64,000 nt of DNA. Source: Octopus vulgaris (lineage: Eukaryota). Below the pieces are notes generated by a model. The model saw nothing but the letters and a program-made list of their open reading frames with translations, was not told the DNA's origin and ran no database searches. Within the stretch, counting starts at the first letter, position 1; each line of letters starts with the position of its first letter. The DNA lies in the NCBI GenBank assembly GCA_951406725.2, contig OX597819.1, positions 75,516,001 to 75,580,000 of the forward strand, read 5' to 3'. The translations under genes were made by a program, and so were the position numbers. Of the stretch, positions 39,080 through 52,250 are shown piece by piece.

Positions 39080-40980
39080 ATTCACTTGTGTTGTTTAAAT
39101 GAAATAGTAAAATTACAATCCATTTCAATGTCTCCAGAGCCACTTAAACAACCGTTGAAAAGAAATACAACAGAATCAAATGACTTCCTTTCTAAAGGAA
39201 GAAGATACAACTTTTACTTCCAAGTGGCTTCTTTTCTTTCGGAGCTTCTGAATATGACAAAGGAGGACAAAATACAGGGGCACATTTATTGTCACGCAAG
39301 GTTAAATTATTCCATAAAACCAGGCAGATACACTTCATTGATGACGAACGGGAAGAGTAAAACAAAGTTGTGATAACTTGTAAGTGTTTCAGAGGAGGTT
39401 GTCTTTGATAAACTGGAAATGTTACGTCACATCAATACAACGAATGTGTAATAAGCTTTAAAATTTCTCTTAAAAATATGAATAAAACTGACATAAAAGT
39501 TGTCCTCCTTGCAAATAAAGCATTCTCTTGAGGAGAGATATTTTAATGCTTCTATTTACAATGAGTTTACCATTCTGATTATTAGACGAGATGTATTTCT
39601 AAAGAAACGTAATCAATCTCTCATTAATCTTAGACTCTTTGCAATATCCTTTCATGTTTTGGAAAGGACGAAAAGGTTAGAACTTTGATGTTCAAAGATT
39701 TGGAGTGAAGGAAATGTCGTAGACAAATGATTTCTATGTGACTGTTAGTCAGAGTAGACGAAAGTCTACGTCATCACTTCCGCCAATTCTCCGATGTACG
39801 CAAAGATCAGATCAGAATGTATCCATGTACAGTCCCATTGCGTCGCACCTTGAGCAAGTGTCTTCAACTATAGCCTCGGGTCGACCAAAGTCTTGTGAGT
39901 GGATTTGCTAGATGGAAACTGAGAAAAGCCGGTTGTATAATATATATATATATGTATGAGTGTGTATATGTTTGTGTGTCTGTGTTTGTCTCCACGACGT
40001 CGCTTGACAACCGATGCTGATGACTAGCGGTTCGGCAAAAGAGATCGATAGAATAAGTACTAGGTTTACAAAGAATAAGTCCTGGAGTCGATTTGTTCGA
40101 CGAAAGGCGGTGCTGAAACAAGTGACTGAAACAAGTAAAGAATAAAAGAATAAATTCAATCCGAAATTAAATGAAACAGAAGTTGAGTTGTTTCCAGGCC
40201 TATACCCTCACATCGATATGATATTGTTGCAAGCGTTTTCCGTTAAAAGGTCATTAAATTTATAAAACGATTTTTGAAAGAATCTATCTTCAGAAACTTT
40301 CGCTGTTTTTTGTGCTCTATAGGATGGAAGGAATGTAACTTGCCAAATGTTGTTTGGAAGATAACATAGATGGGACTAATATTGATAATATCCTCTCCGC
40401 TAAAACCCTGAATAATGGCACAGATTCTACCCTCCACGAGATTATGGAGAAGCAATTGGCTCATGGTTCATGTGGACTTCTGCACAGAGAGTATCACTGA
40501 AAGAGGAAAGATAATAATTACAGAAAGCGGTATCCGCACCCTTTTCTGATCGAAACACACGTTGGTCACTATGGACGTCCACTGTATAAAAGGAAGAAAG
40601 CAGATAAAAGTAGATTCATGGGAACAGAAAAAATTATGCTATTGAAATAAAGAATCAGTAAATAGTACCACAGTCGGCAAGGCTTTAAAACATACATCAA
40701 AGTGGAATTTCGCAGTTCAGCCAAATTTATTAAGTAGGTGAATAAATACTTGAACAAGAGAAGTATTCTAACTGTTCATGATTCAAACTTAAATCGTCGG
40801 TATGAGACTACATCTTACCAGACATGCAAATCCATTAGTACCAATGAATTTTCAATCCATACACGCCAACCACGTGGGATCCACTTAGATGTTATTTTAG
40901 AAGGAGACCTAAGTCTAACCTAATAGCATTCTTTCAACTATGTCAAACTGTAGAATTTGACAAGACTATTTTTTTATACA
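39080..40980 (+). pseudogene. Old decayed Helitron Rep (HUH) coding region, interrupted by a SINE A
   Basis: Collinear eroded motifs CCLNEIVKL, RRYN..FQVASF, KIQGHIY, DSLQYPFMFWKG, SIGWKECNLP (cf. IEWQKRGLPH), AHGSCG, GRPLYKR, IK*VNKYLNK (cf. KYxxKYxxK), FSIHTRQP. Confidence 0.8.
39830..40148 (+). mobile_element. SINE family A copy
   Basis: CAGTCCCATTGCGTCGCACCTTGAGCAAG..GATAGAATAAGTACTAGG..GACTGAAACAAG. Confidence 0.85.
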
Positions 40981-41049
40981 GTGATTTCTCTAGCGTTCAT
41001 AGCAACTTTCAGACGTGAAGAGTGACATATTTGGCAGTGTTTACTGGCA

Positions 41050-41700
41050 CCGTATCATCCAGACGATAGAATGGTACACTACCAGACGACAGAATGGTAC
41101 TGCTACTAGCCGTAGTATCCGGTTTGTCCTGTACTAGAAGAGAAGATACCTCGGTTTTTCGACTATCGTTGGCTCTGGTGCTTGTGGAACTGAAGTGAAA
41201 CTACAAATGATGGTACTTTAGAAACAGCGGTAGCAGTAGCCAAGGCACCTTTAAAATTGTTGTCGTTGTCGCTCATTTATTTCTTCTTCTGCTTTTCTTC
41301 TTTTTCTCACTGCAAAACTCTCAAGTGGCCTATACCACCACACGCATAGTATCTAGGCCATCTGTCTTGCGACAGTAGACTGGTCGATATTCTATCCGCC
41401 ACTTGAATGTGTTATGGTTCCGGAATAGTCTTGTGATGACTGAGAGTAATTAAATCCTGGATGTGCATACAGACCACCCACATACAGTTGTGAGTCACTC
41501 ATGCACTCATAATATGTCTGTAGTACTGAGAAAAGATGACATGTTATGGTTCGATGTTTGTGCCAGCATCTCTGTTGATGGCCCCAGTTTTTCTGAATCT
41601 CGAAAACCCCTGTTGGTAGGAGTACAGCGCACTACTCTTACTGTTCTCATTGCTTCAGCCTTGGACTTAAAAATAGGTATCCATTCCCAGTCGATTGGGC
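41050..41700 (-). pseudogene. LINE ORF1 remnant with eroded zinc knuckle
   Basis: Minus strand DRWPRYYACGGIGHLRV (cf. GRxPxCxxCGxxGH), followed by a K/E-rich tail. Confidence 0.5.
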
Positions 41701-42059
41701 ATGTGTCCTATCCTATCAACGAAGTAAACGAGACTTTAGGAGAATAAATGATAAAATAAGAAAATTACTTTCCACAAATGCTACGTAAAGTGATGTCGAT
41801 GGTATCTCTCCAGAGGTTTGATAAGCTGCGAAAACTACGTAAAAAACGAAGATAACAATATTAACTGGTATATAAAGAACAGTTTGGTTGATGGAGGTAA
41901 AACAATGTGGTACTTTACAGATTGAAAGTTGCATTGCAAAGCATGATTATAAGAAAAATAAAATACATAGAACAGATAGAGAGAAAAGGCATCAGGCATG
42001 ATTTGAAATATGCAAACATCAGACTTCGAGGTCGGGAGTGAAACCCTAATACGTACAGC

Positions 42060-42670
42060 GTAGGAATACACCCTGAGAACTAATTATGCGACATATAACA
42101 TCAACGAAACCGTAGACTCATGATTATGTTGATATTGTTGAATGAAAAGAGAAACATTATGCAACCTTGTGAGTGCAGTGCATTAGCACGAAAGGAAAAC
42201 TAAAGGCAGGTATGGTAACATTTGTAGGATTATGGACTGAAAGTAGTACAAGAAATAATCCGAAGAGAAGAGAAGAATAGTATATGTGCCAATTTGATAA
42301 ATTGAAGCTACTTTGAGACTTCAAAATCAAGTGTAGCCGTTGTCAGAAGATAGCAGAATATGTGAAAAGGAAAAGATTATTGGAAGAAGTTTACAAAATG
42401 TAGGCATGAAAAAGTTTGCAGTCGTATTAACTGTGGTGGATTACTTGGGGGTATAAATGACTAAAATAAGACCCCAGCAACTTGGATGGCAAAATTTGGA
42501 ATCGAGATCCGTACATAACTACTTCAGAAGACAGTAGCATCACGAACTGGACAGATTCTGAGGAAGGTTCTGGAAACATAAAGAAAGAAAAATCTGAAGG
42601 ATGCTTTGCCATTGGTTATGATTGATTTTCCCAACATAAATAACTGGCTTAAGAAACGTTAATGTTAATA
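42060..42670 (+). pseudogene. R4/Dong-type REL-LINE 3' remnant
   Basis: ECSALARKE, KLKLL*DFKI and LQKTV..ILRKVLET* motifs parallel the element at 60010-61410. Confidence 0.7.
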
Positions 42671-42810
42671 ATGATGCTGATGCTGCTGCTGCTGCTGATG
42701 ATGATCACGATAATAGTTTCAAATGTAGGCATACGATCAGCAATTTCTGAGATAGAAATAGATTACATCGACCTCAGTACATGACTGATACTTATTTTAT
42801 CGAGCCCAAA

Positions 42811-42895
<85 letters not shown>

Positions 42896-42987
42896 CTGCC
42901 ACACCACTACCACCACAATCGCCGACGCCACCGCCATCACCGTCGCCACCGCCGCCACCGCTACCACCACCACCACCACCACCGCCT

Positions 42988-43049
<62 letters not shown>

Positions 43050-43050
43050 G
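42811..43050. repeat. Compound (CTA)n(CTG)n(CCR)n(CTA)n microsatellite
   Basis: Direct reading; lies directly after a SINE B fragment. Confidence 0.95.
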
Positions 43051-44225
43051 CCACTTTTTTGCAGCCACAAAGGTGATGAATAGAAATGATTTCTAACATT
43101 GGCAAAAGGCCATACACTTTCGAGGAAGTGATCATAATGATGAAAAAGAGGAGAACGAAGAAATGAAAGAAGTGTAGGAGTGAAAAGAGGCAGGTGCAGG
43201 AGGAAGGCAGTGAGGAAGACGACTGCAAGAAGGCGGCGAAGGGTTGCATAATTTACACTGTCGATTGAAGCAGGAGACAAACTCAGTCAAGTTTATATCG
43301 ATTAATACTCATGCGATCCGATCAATAACGCGGTCAGTCTGAAGAGCGTATAAGTCTGGAAATCGTCTAATGCCTTATATACCCGGTATATCTTATGATC
43401 TACTAACAGCTCTGTCTTTGCTGTTATGGATTTTGTTTTTATTATCCTCAATCATCTTTTTAATCTTGTAAGTTATATGAAGAAGATCGTACAATAAACA
43501 GAAGACTGAAATATATTAGAAATAGTCATTAGAAATAGGCAGATTTACTTTATCTACGCAGAACATTCAGCGATGTTATAAATTGTATGAAATTGTCTGC
43601 TTTCTGACATTTAATTGACGACAAATCTATTAATGTTAGTTTAAGTTATAAAGAGAAAAAAAAATCCACAAGAAGAAAAGAAATTAAACTGCAAAAATCG
43701 AAGCAAAGTATTTCAATGATGGCGTTCTAAGAAAGAAATTTGTTTGGAGAATATAAAACGCCGCCTGTTTTTATTTTCTGTTATATAAGAGATAATCACG
43801 ATAGGGAGTGACGATATAACATTATATATTCATGAAGATTACTTAGATAAAGAAAGATTATGTATGTAGATGTAGACATAGATAAATGCCTGATTAAAAA
43901 GTTCTTTTCTTCACAAACACTGAGTTCTGGGTTCAATTCCACTCTGCACATATCGGGCAAGGTGTCTTTTATAGTTGCGTTCTGAGTAGAAATTGGTAGA
44001 CGGAAACCTGTGACAAAGCCCGCCATAAATATATACATATATCTTTTACTTGTTTCAGTCATTGTATTGCGGTCACGCTGGGGCACCACCTTGAAGCGTT
44101 TAGTCGAACAGATCGACCTCAGTCGACATTCACACCGCTATCAAAAATAGCGATAGCAATAACCAATTATAAGAACTTAATATACTTATGTTTTAGAGTA
44201 AAGCGTCAAGAGAGTACTGAGTGCA

Positions 44226-44478
44226 ATATCAGTTGGTAAATGACTAAAGAATTAAGAGTTACGTAATAACATTCATTAGCTTACAACTGTTTCTGCTATA
44301 AAAAGTTCACTGAGAGCAGAGTGCTAGTACAACATTCTTAAAATGTTTTCATTTTAATAGTTCCGAGGAAGCTATAGAATGCTGCACAAATATGCATTGT
44401 TTCCTATAGAGAGAACAGCTGTAAGGTAATGAAGGTGACCACGTAATTCCTGCTCTTTTATCATTCACCAACTGATGT
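44226..44478. mobile_element. Diverged pLTR-like foldback with degenerate hammerhead (44361-44426)
   Basis: Arms 44226-44299 and 44405-44478; CCGAGGA..CTATAG..CTATAG..GAGAA-CAGCTG-TA|AGG. The left arm reads GAAACAGTTGTAAG on the minus strand. Confidence 0.6.
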
Positions 44479-44562
44479 GTAGACAACCACACACACACAC
44501 ATACACACACATACATAGATGCATACACACACGCATGTATATATATATATACATATATACAT

Positions 44563-44620
<58 letters not shown>

Positions 44621-44659
44621 GTGATCTCATGTGATCTCTTGAGCACCACCAGCAAAAAA

Positions 44660-44838
44660 TATTTTTTCCTCTGTCTTCCCTTCTTGGGATCTTTCCTTCT
44701 CCTTGTTTCCGACGAAGAGCTCCGCTCGAAACGTTAAACCCTCCTTCCCTTCTTTCCTGAGCGTCAATAATACTTTAATTGTTCCACGTCCTCGCGTTGC
44801 TGTTTTTTCTCTTTTTTTCTGTGTTTTCTTGTTTGGAT

Positions 44839-44845
<7 letters not shown>
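44660..44845 (+). mobile_element. pLTR-like family P1 copy with hammerhead (44705-44739)
   Basis: GTTT-CCGACGA-A-GAGC-tcc-GCTC-GAAA-CG-TT|AAAC; ends TGTTTGGATTAAC(TA)n. Confidence 0.78.
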
Positions 44846-44889
<44 letters not shown>

Positions 44890-45133
44890 TCCAAAATTTT
44901 AAACAGAAACACAACAAAGGAACAAACGGAAAATTCACATGCGAGACAAGACGTCGCTCATTCCCCGTTAGTTATCGTCCCAAAACCCCCTTACGATTTC
45001 CCGCCTTCAACGATATTGCTTCGGTATCTGCGAGAAGCTGCTGGGAATATCGAGTAGACGTGACCTTGACGAAAATAAACACAATTCAAATGCAAACATG
45101 CAAACAAAAGTGCGTATGATTGCACATATATTT

Positions 45134-45195
<62 letters not shown>

Positions 45196-45214
45196 GTACA
45201 ATTATTTGTATATA

Positions 45215-46090
45215 TATGAGGGGCATTCTAGAAGTTTTGAGAGTTTTCTTTAGCAGAAGCAGTTATAACTATCCTAGATTATTGTAATTTTAGTATATTA
45301 TTACCATTTATTTAATAATCTCACCTGCCAACTTTTGTTATTCCAGATTGAAGAAGACGGCTGTAACAGTACTTTGAATTCACCCAACTAAACACTGCTT
45401 CTCACAACTCTGTAGTTTTTAGATTGCTGCAGACAATTTTGAAGCTCGCTATGCAATAAGGCTTCGTATTAAACTATGTAAAAACGCTATAGAACTTCTA
45501 AAAATGCTTCAAACTGCTTATAGATTAACTTATGAGCCGAGCATATTTCCCGCTGGCACAAGAAGCCAGTCAAAAGCAAGTCCGCCTAGAAGCTCAAGAT
45601 GGTCCACTTTTTCGACAGCAAGGGCATCATCTACGACAGCAACGACATCCACTGGGGTCTCTCTGGCCAGACGGTTAATAAAAAGAATTCTTTGTGGAAG
45701 TTATGAGGGAGTTCAGGAAGTGGTTTAGTTGCAAAATGCAAGAGCATTTGCATCAAGACAATGCATCACTCCATAATTCCATCCTAGTAACCAACTGCTT
45801 GACAAATATGAGAATGAAAACTGTTCCTCACCCTCCCTACAACCAAGGCCTTGCTCTCTGTAACTTTTGATTGTTCCTCAAGTTGAAGGAGAAGATAAAG
45901 AATGCTGTAACAAGGTCATAGACGCTTTCAGTCTGGATGACTTCCATGGGGCCTTCACGAAGTGGCTGCAGCATTACAAATGAATTGAAATCAGAGGATC
46001 CTAATTTGAAAGAGATTAGAGTCTTGTACTTCTTTGAAATTAATAAATGTCACTCCTGAAAAAGTGTGGAAACTTCTGGGATGCACCGGT
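45215..46090 (+). mobile_element. Mariner transposon relic (internally deleted)
   Basis: RYAI..KLCKNAIE..MLQTAY, FDSKGIIY, GQTVNK, HLHQDNA, TVPHPPYNQGLALCNF*LF.KLK (cf. HPPYSPDLAPCDF); eroded TIRs. Confidence 0.88.
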
Positions 46091-46495
46091 TATGACGACG
46101 TAGGTTCCTGTTGATTCGATCAACAAAAGAGACTGCTCGTGAAATTAACGTGCAAATTGTTGAGCACTACACAGATACGCGTGCCCTTAACGTAGTTCTG
46201 AGGGGGATTCAGTGTGACACAAAACTGCCCTTTGAATTACCGGTACTGCTCATTTCTACAAGATAAATAGATAGATATGGGTATTTCAGTCACGACTATC
46301 TCCTCCTTTTAGAAGAGCTCCATTATTTCGTGTTTTACCTTTTTTTTTTATTTAAGGTATAGAATGGTAATGATATAGAATATGGATTGGAGCAAAATGA
46401 AATAAAATGTCTTGCTCAAGGACACACGCGCCGCTGGGATTTGAAATCACGATCTTATTACGCTCATGAACCGAATACCGTAAGCCACGCGCCTT
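46090..46495 (-). mobile_element. SINE family C copy
   Basis: GATTCAGTGTGACAC..TGTCTTGCTCAAGGACAC..TAAGCCACGCGCCTT, homologous to 22500-22822. Confidence 0.75.
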
Positions 46496-47386
46496 CGCAT
46501 ATATATGTATATAAATGTGTTTGTATTCCTATGTTATGTATACATATGGCTATACATTGTACATATATATACTCACATATATACACGTATATACACTCAT
46601 ACATACACATTCATGCGTTATAAATCTCCCAAAATATAAACATGCAAACGAAACAAATAACTTCAACCCCAAACATTCGCAATGTAACTAAAATTGTTGA
46701 AGAAGCAAAAATGTACCCCATACCGAGAACAAAAGTAATGATATTCAGGAGAAATAAATAAGGGAATAAATAAAAACGGAAAGTGCAATCCATCATGTAA
46801 TATAGGTAAGAAAAAATCCCTTTAGTATTCTGAATACGATTTTAGTCCCCATCACCAAAGAGAAAAGAAACAAAAAACGCAAAAACAACACCGAGTATTT
46901 GAATAAAATTGCAAATGAAAGGAATTTAGCTTGCAGAAGCTTCGTTTCTTCTCGAAGGCGCCATGAAACAAAGCCACATATTTCTAGCGGATAAACATAT
47001 TTAGGATAACATGAATACTACCAACAGTAAAAAACTATGAATAATAACAACGAAGAGCGGTTATATGAATCTATTCATTTCTTGTTCTAGGGGGAATATT
47101 GCTGACTTCAATCCGGTGAATCACGTGTTGTTGGTAGTTAATCTACCAACGGGTTACTTCACGCATGCCTGGAATGATGTTTAGTGGAGAAAGAGAATGA
47201 GATAGAAGTAATGTTAATCGCTACATCAAAATGACTGTTACTACCGTTTTAACTTCTGGCAGATCCTCTACCAGCTGGTTACCGGTGCAGCCTGCACCCT
47301 GTTTACATTCCAAGCAGGGGAGTGAACCCCTACCATCCTCTAGCAGACGACAGTGTCACGAGAATGAGATAGATAGATACTAAGAT

Positions 47387-47454
<68 letters not shown>

Positions 47455-47740
47455 AAGAGAAAGAGAGAGAAAGAGAGAGAGAGAGAAAGAAAGAGAAAGA
47501 GAGAGAAAAAGAGAGAAAGAGAGAGAGAGAGTGTGTGTGTGTGTGTGAGAGAGAGAGAAGAATCTACAATGAGGTTCAAGCAAAGAGAAAGGGGATCCTC
47601 CACGTTGCCGATTCAACACCCTAGAAAGTACAGCCAAACTCTCAACCCGTATTCTATACTTCAAATAGAAAAAGGGAAAACACAAAATAATGGAGCTCTA
47701 TACTCTTCTGAAAGGAGGAGATAGTCGTGACTGAAATGCC

Positions 47741-47806
<66 letters not shown>

Positions 47807-47884
47807 GTTCTCTCTCTCCCCCTCTCTCTCACTCTCTCCCTATATACATACATTGAGGCACACACATATACATACATATACATA

Positions 47885-47938
<54 letters not shown>

Positions 47939-47943
47939 CTATA

Positions 47944-47996
<53 letters not shown>

Positions 47997-48101
47997 GTGG
48001 TAACATCAATATTTTTTTCTCTGCCCCAAGACACATTCCTAACACGCCAGCTGAGTTTAATTCGTCTATGTCGAAAGACGCCTGTTTGTGATGTCCTGTT
48101 A

Positions 48102-48175
<74 letters not shown>

Positions 48176-49235
48176 GTTGTTGTTGTTTTTACGCATTATT
48201 TTTGTATTCATATTCGTGTAACATCGTCTGTTTTTCAGTCCCTGTTTTGTATACATTCGAAGCTTTTTTCCAAGGAATCTAATGCGCTTAGCTTAGTTTT
48301 TCCTTGGGGCTGGCCAGATTGGAGCAATCTCAAGATTAATCAGCCGAAATTGCGAGGATGATCCGGTTCTTGACTGAAGATTGAAGGCTTCGAATGTACC
48401 GTCCGTGTCTTTTGTATCGTCTTCTAAATGTTTTGCGTTCTTGTCCCAGTTTGTATATATATACATACATACACACATAGATATACATATATGTATATCA
48501 TATTACATATATACGAGTCCACATACACACATAACATATGCATAGATATGTGTGTATGTGTGTGTGTGTGTATTCATATAGTATGAAGAAGACAAAGGGA
48601 GAGAGATGTATGATAAACCTTATAGCTTATGTCCTCAGTAAAATCATTTTAAACCTTGTTGTAAAAGGTAGACAGTGTTGTTCAACCACATGGTTTTTCT
48701 CTCTGTTGCTAATATTTATGTAGTTATCAAAATTACCAAGACCTGTTATGAACTGTTCATCTTGTGTTTGCTTTAAGTAGTTTTAAGCTACTATACTCTC
48801 TGTGACTAGGAAGTGAGTAACCAGTATCTGAGGAGCTGCAGTAAAAAGTCATAGAGAGAAAAACTTAAGAATAGTATGTACTTTCCCCTACCGGACTAAA
48901 ATGTGTGTTTTGGTGTATGCTACAATTTGTAAGTTTACATTAAATCTCTCTCCTAAGGTGATGTTTTTCTCTTTCAATTAATTAATGCAGGCTTCCGCTG
49001 CTCAGATGTTTGTGCAAATTAGGCAAACCAGTTTAGTTCTGTCTGACTTAGTTGGTTTGTGTATAATATAAATACCCGTAAGCTAATATTCTACCTGTGG
49101 TGAGAAAGTGCATAACCGATCTCAAATGTAAAAAAATTCCCTAGCAGGCAACCAGAGGAAGAGGGGTTGTCCTCTCAACCAATACGCTGCTGTAGGTCTG
49201 GATGACGGAGATTAGTGATGATGCTGAAACACTTT

Positions 49236-49285
<50 letters not shown>

Positions 49286-49371
49286 CTCAATTTGTTTCGT
49301 CCATGTCTTCTTTGGTGTGCTTCGGTGGATTCTCCAGTGTGTGTAAGTTGGTGAAATTAGTTAGATCATGG

Positions 49372-49416
<45 letters not shown>

Positions 49417-49449
49417 CACACACACACATATATATATAAATATACTAAC

Positions 49450-49528
49450 TCCGGTCTGAAAAGTGCCTTGTGAGTGAATTTTGCTGAAGGAAACTGTAAG
49501 CCCGCCTCATATATATATGCACACACAC

Positions 49529-49624
<96 letters not shown>

Positions 49625-49865
49625 CTCTATCTCTATATATATATGTACATATATATGTACAAGTGTGTGTTTTCTTTTTGCTCAACGTTTCACAATTGGT
49701 GTTGGTTTCTTTACGTCCCCGTAGCGTTGAGGTTCCTCGAAAGAGATGGGCAAAATAAATACTAGGTTTTAAAAAAATGAATATTGAGAAAGATTTGTTC
49801 AGCTAAACCAGTCAAGGCGGTGCTCCAGCATGACCGAAATACAATGACTGAAACAGTAAAAGATA
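49450..49865 (+). mobile_element. SINE family A copy (diverged)
   Basis: GCCTTGTGAGTGAATTT..GGAAACTG..AAGGCGGTGCTCCAGCATGACC. Confidence 0.8.
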
Positions 49866-49898
49866 AAAGTCATATATATATATATATATATATATGTA

Positions 49899-50141
49899 CA
49901 GTGGCGGACTGCTTGCCAGGAGACTACAATACTATCACTAAATTTTTTGTTTGTTAAAAGTATTCTTTTCAACTGTACAATCACATCCAGGCTGAAATAA
50001 TTAATGCATTCTTCCAGGAGTGAATAAAACTTGAGGAGATGGGTCCCTTAGATACTAACATGGGTCCCCCTATAGGGATTCTTATGGCGCAGGGGCCCAC
50101 TTGCTATCGGGCAAGCTGGCAACCTGGCCAGTCCGCCACTG
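49899..50141. mobile_element. hAT-like MITE in (TA)n
   Basis: TIRs CAGTGGCGGACTG / CAGTCCGCCACTG; 8-bp flanks TATATGTA / TATATATA. Confidence 0.8.
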
Positions 50142-50274
50142 TATATATATATATATATATATATAATGATTGATTGATTGATTCTAGTTTCAGCCCATGT
50201 GCTGTGGCCATGCCATATATATACTTTTTATCTTATATTAAACTTTTTAATACTTTTTGATAGTTATATATATT

Positions 50275-50322
<48 letters not shown>

Positions 50323-50387
50323 GAAATGAAGAAAATGCTGACAAATAATTGAAGTAATTTAAGTAATTTAATTAGGTGAAAGTTCTT

Positions 50388-50422
50388 TTTACCGGTTGCG
50401 CATTTGTTATGCTTATCAAAAT
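50388..50422 (-). ncRNA. U3-A8 variant minimal hammerhead at the PLE 3' end (degenerate)
   Basis: Minus strand TTGATAA-GCAT-aacaa-ATGC-GCAA-CCGG-TA|AAA. Confidence 0.55.
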
Positions 50423-51142
50423 ATAAAAGAGAGATTAGAGTCTGTCTCTTATATGTGAAAAAAAGAGGCTCCAGAGTTGTTTTGGATTTGCTTGGTTTCG
50501 CGCCTAAAATTTTGATTGGTCATTATGAAGGGGTCACGTGAATGTTTGAATGGAAGTTGGTGTTGGGGTAAGAAAAAAGGCTCCAGAGAAGTTAAAATTT
50601 GGCTAGTGTCCCGCCTAAAATTTCTTATTGGCCATAATAAAGAGGTCACGTGAATGTTTAGAATTTTCGAAAATAGTGTCGTTGAAAATTCTTATTGTTC
50701 AGGCTGGTCAGTAGACGTCATGTGGATATTTTAAATAGCTTTTTAGCGCGTAGTTAGGGAGTGTATTTTCCGCTTGACTGGATAAGTAAGTTCGTTTAGA
50801 ACAGGGAGAGCTGTATGTATGTATGTGTGTGTGTGCGCGCGCGCGCGCGTGTGTTTATATGTATGTTGGGGCGCGCGCGCGTGTATATATATGTGTGTGT
50901 GTGTGGGTACAATTTTCAATATTTATAGTTCTGCTGGCCTTGTGCCTGTATCGGGAAGCAACGTATTTGTGTGAAGTCAATATTTACAGCCATTTCCAAA
51001 AAATAGTGTTGGATGTTTTGCACCCGTATTCAATTATGTGTATGTGTGGAACCATATATTTGTGTGTGTCATGGTGTTAATATCTGGGTAAAGGTGTGTG
51101 TAGGGTGTGTGCAGGTGTAAGTGTGTTTGTTGTGGGTTCGTG

Positions 51143-52250
51143 TTAGGGGCATGTGTTTAGAAGTGGTCTGTATTTATTAATAAGGTGGGATTCCATGGTT
51201 ATTCGCTGGGTATGAGTGGCATTGTCTTTAAATTTGTAGAGGGAAAGATTCTAAAATTGGGATGGAGTTGTGCGGCACAGGTATCAATATGTGCACTAAA
51301 TGCTATTTTTCTATATTCCTGTATTTTTATTTGGGATCTGTGGACAGTCATGCGTTGGCGGAGGCTATTTTTTGTTTGGCCTATGTAGTGTTCATTACAG
51401 CCCGAGCAAGTTAAGACATATACTAGGTTTTCTGATGCGCATGTGAAGTTGTGTTTTACTGTGAAACGTTGTCCTTGTTTAAAAAGGAATTCCGGACCTT
51501 CTATTAGGTTGATGCATATACCACAGTTGGGTCTATTGCATTTGTTTACTGTGGGTTTAGTTGTTGTGGTTGGCAGTACTTTGGCATTTGTTAGGATGGT
51601 TTTCAATGATTTGGGTTGCCTTTTGCTCTTTATGATTTCGTGTGTTAGGAGGATTTGGTTCATTCTATGGTCCTTTTGTAATACAGGAATGTTCTGGAGG
51701 ATGGTGTCAAAAGCTTCATTGTTGAGGGGTTGTGTGTAGAGATGTATGGTAGAGTATGGGGTTTCGATGTAACAGGTTTAGGGCGTCTAAGTTCCTGCGT
51801 GCTGAGTTTTAGGGCGCGTTGGATCCCATTGTCAATTAGTGACGTGGGGTAATCCCTGCTTGTTAATGTGCCCTTGAGTTCTTGTAGACGTAAGAGACGG
51901 GTGTTTTTATTGGAGACTATAGTGCAAATTCTCTTGGCTAAGTTGTAGGGAATGTTAATTTTAACGTGTCTAGGGTGGCATGAATTGAAAGGGAGGTATT
52001 GCTTGGAGTCTGTGGGCTTGTAGTATATGTCTGTTTCTATTTTTTTGTTGTGAATTTTAATGAGGATGTCGAGGAAGGGAATTTGTTGAGGGCTGTATTC
52101 CATTGTGAAATTAATGTTTGTGTTGAGCCCATTTATAAGAGTGTGAAATTCGTTAAGCTTCTCGACGGTTTCGGGCCAAAGGATGAAGCAGTCATCAAGA
52201 TATCTCTTCCAGTTCTTCTCTATGTGTGTGTGGAGAGAGGTGCCAAATTG
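51143..52250 (-). pseudogene. Penelope RT C-terminus, CxxxxCxxC linker and GIY-YIG endonuclease (about 2 frameshifts)
   Basis: WKRYLDDCFILW, IPFLDI, DIYYKPT, SCHP, KCNRPNCGIC, NLVYVLTCSGCNEHYIGQT..LRQRMTVH, ESHLINKYRPLLN. Confidence 0.95.

Noticed and set aside
42781-43280. PolyT/A/P/L or polyS/G/A/V ORFs resembling transcription-factor low-complexity regions
   Set aside because: Microsatellite adjoining a SINE fragment; no domain present.
43335-43372. CTGAAGA...GAAATCGTC
   Set aside because: Core words are present but stems I and II do not pair; probably chance.
48295-48410. GGCTG..CAGCC-GAAA and CTGAAGA..GAAG/CTTC-GAAT near (TA)n
   Set aside because: Each lacks half of the core. Possibly a decayed pLTR, but not supportable.
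48720-49080. Possible ancient GIY-YIG remnant on the minus strand (TLGERFNV)
   Set aside because: Too eroded to call without a search.
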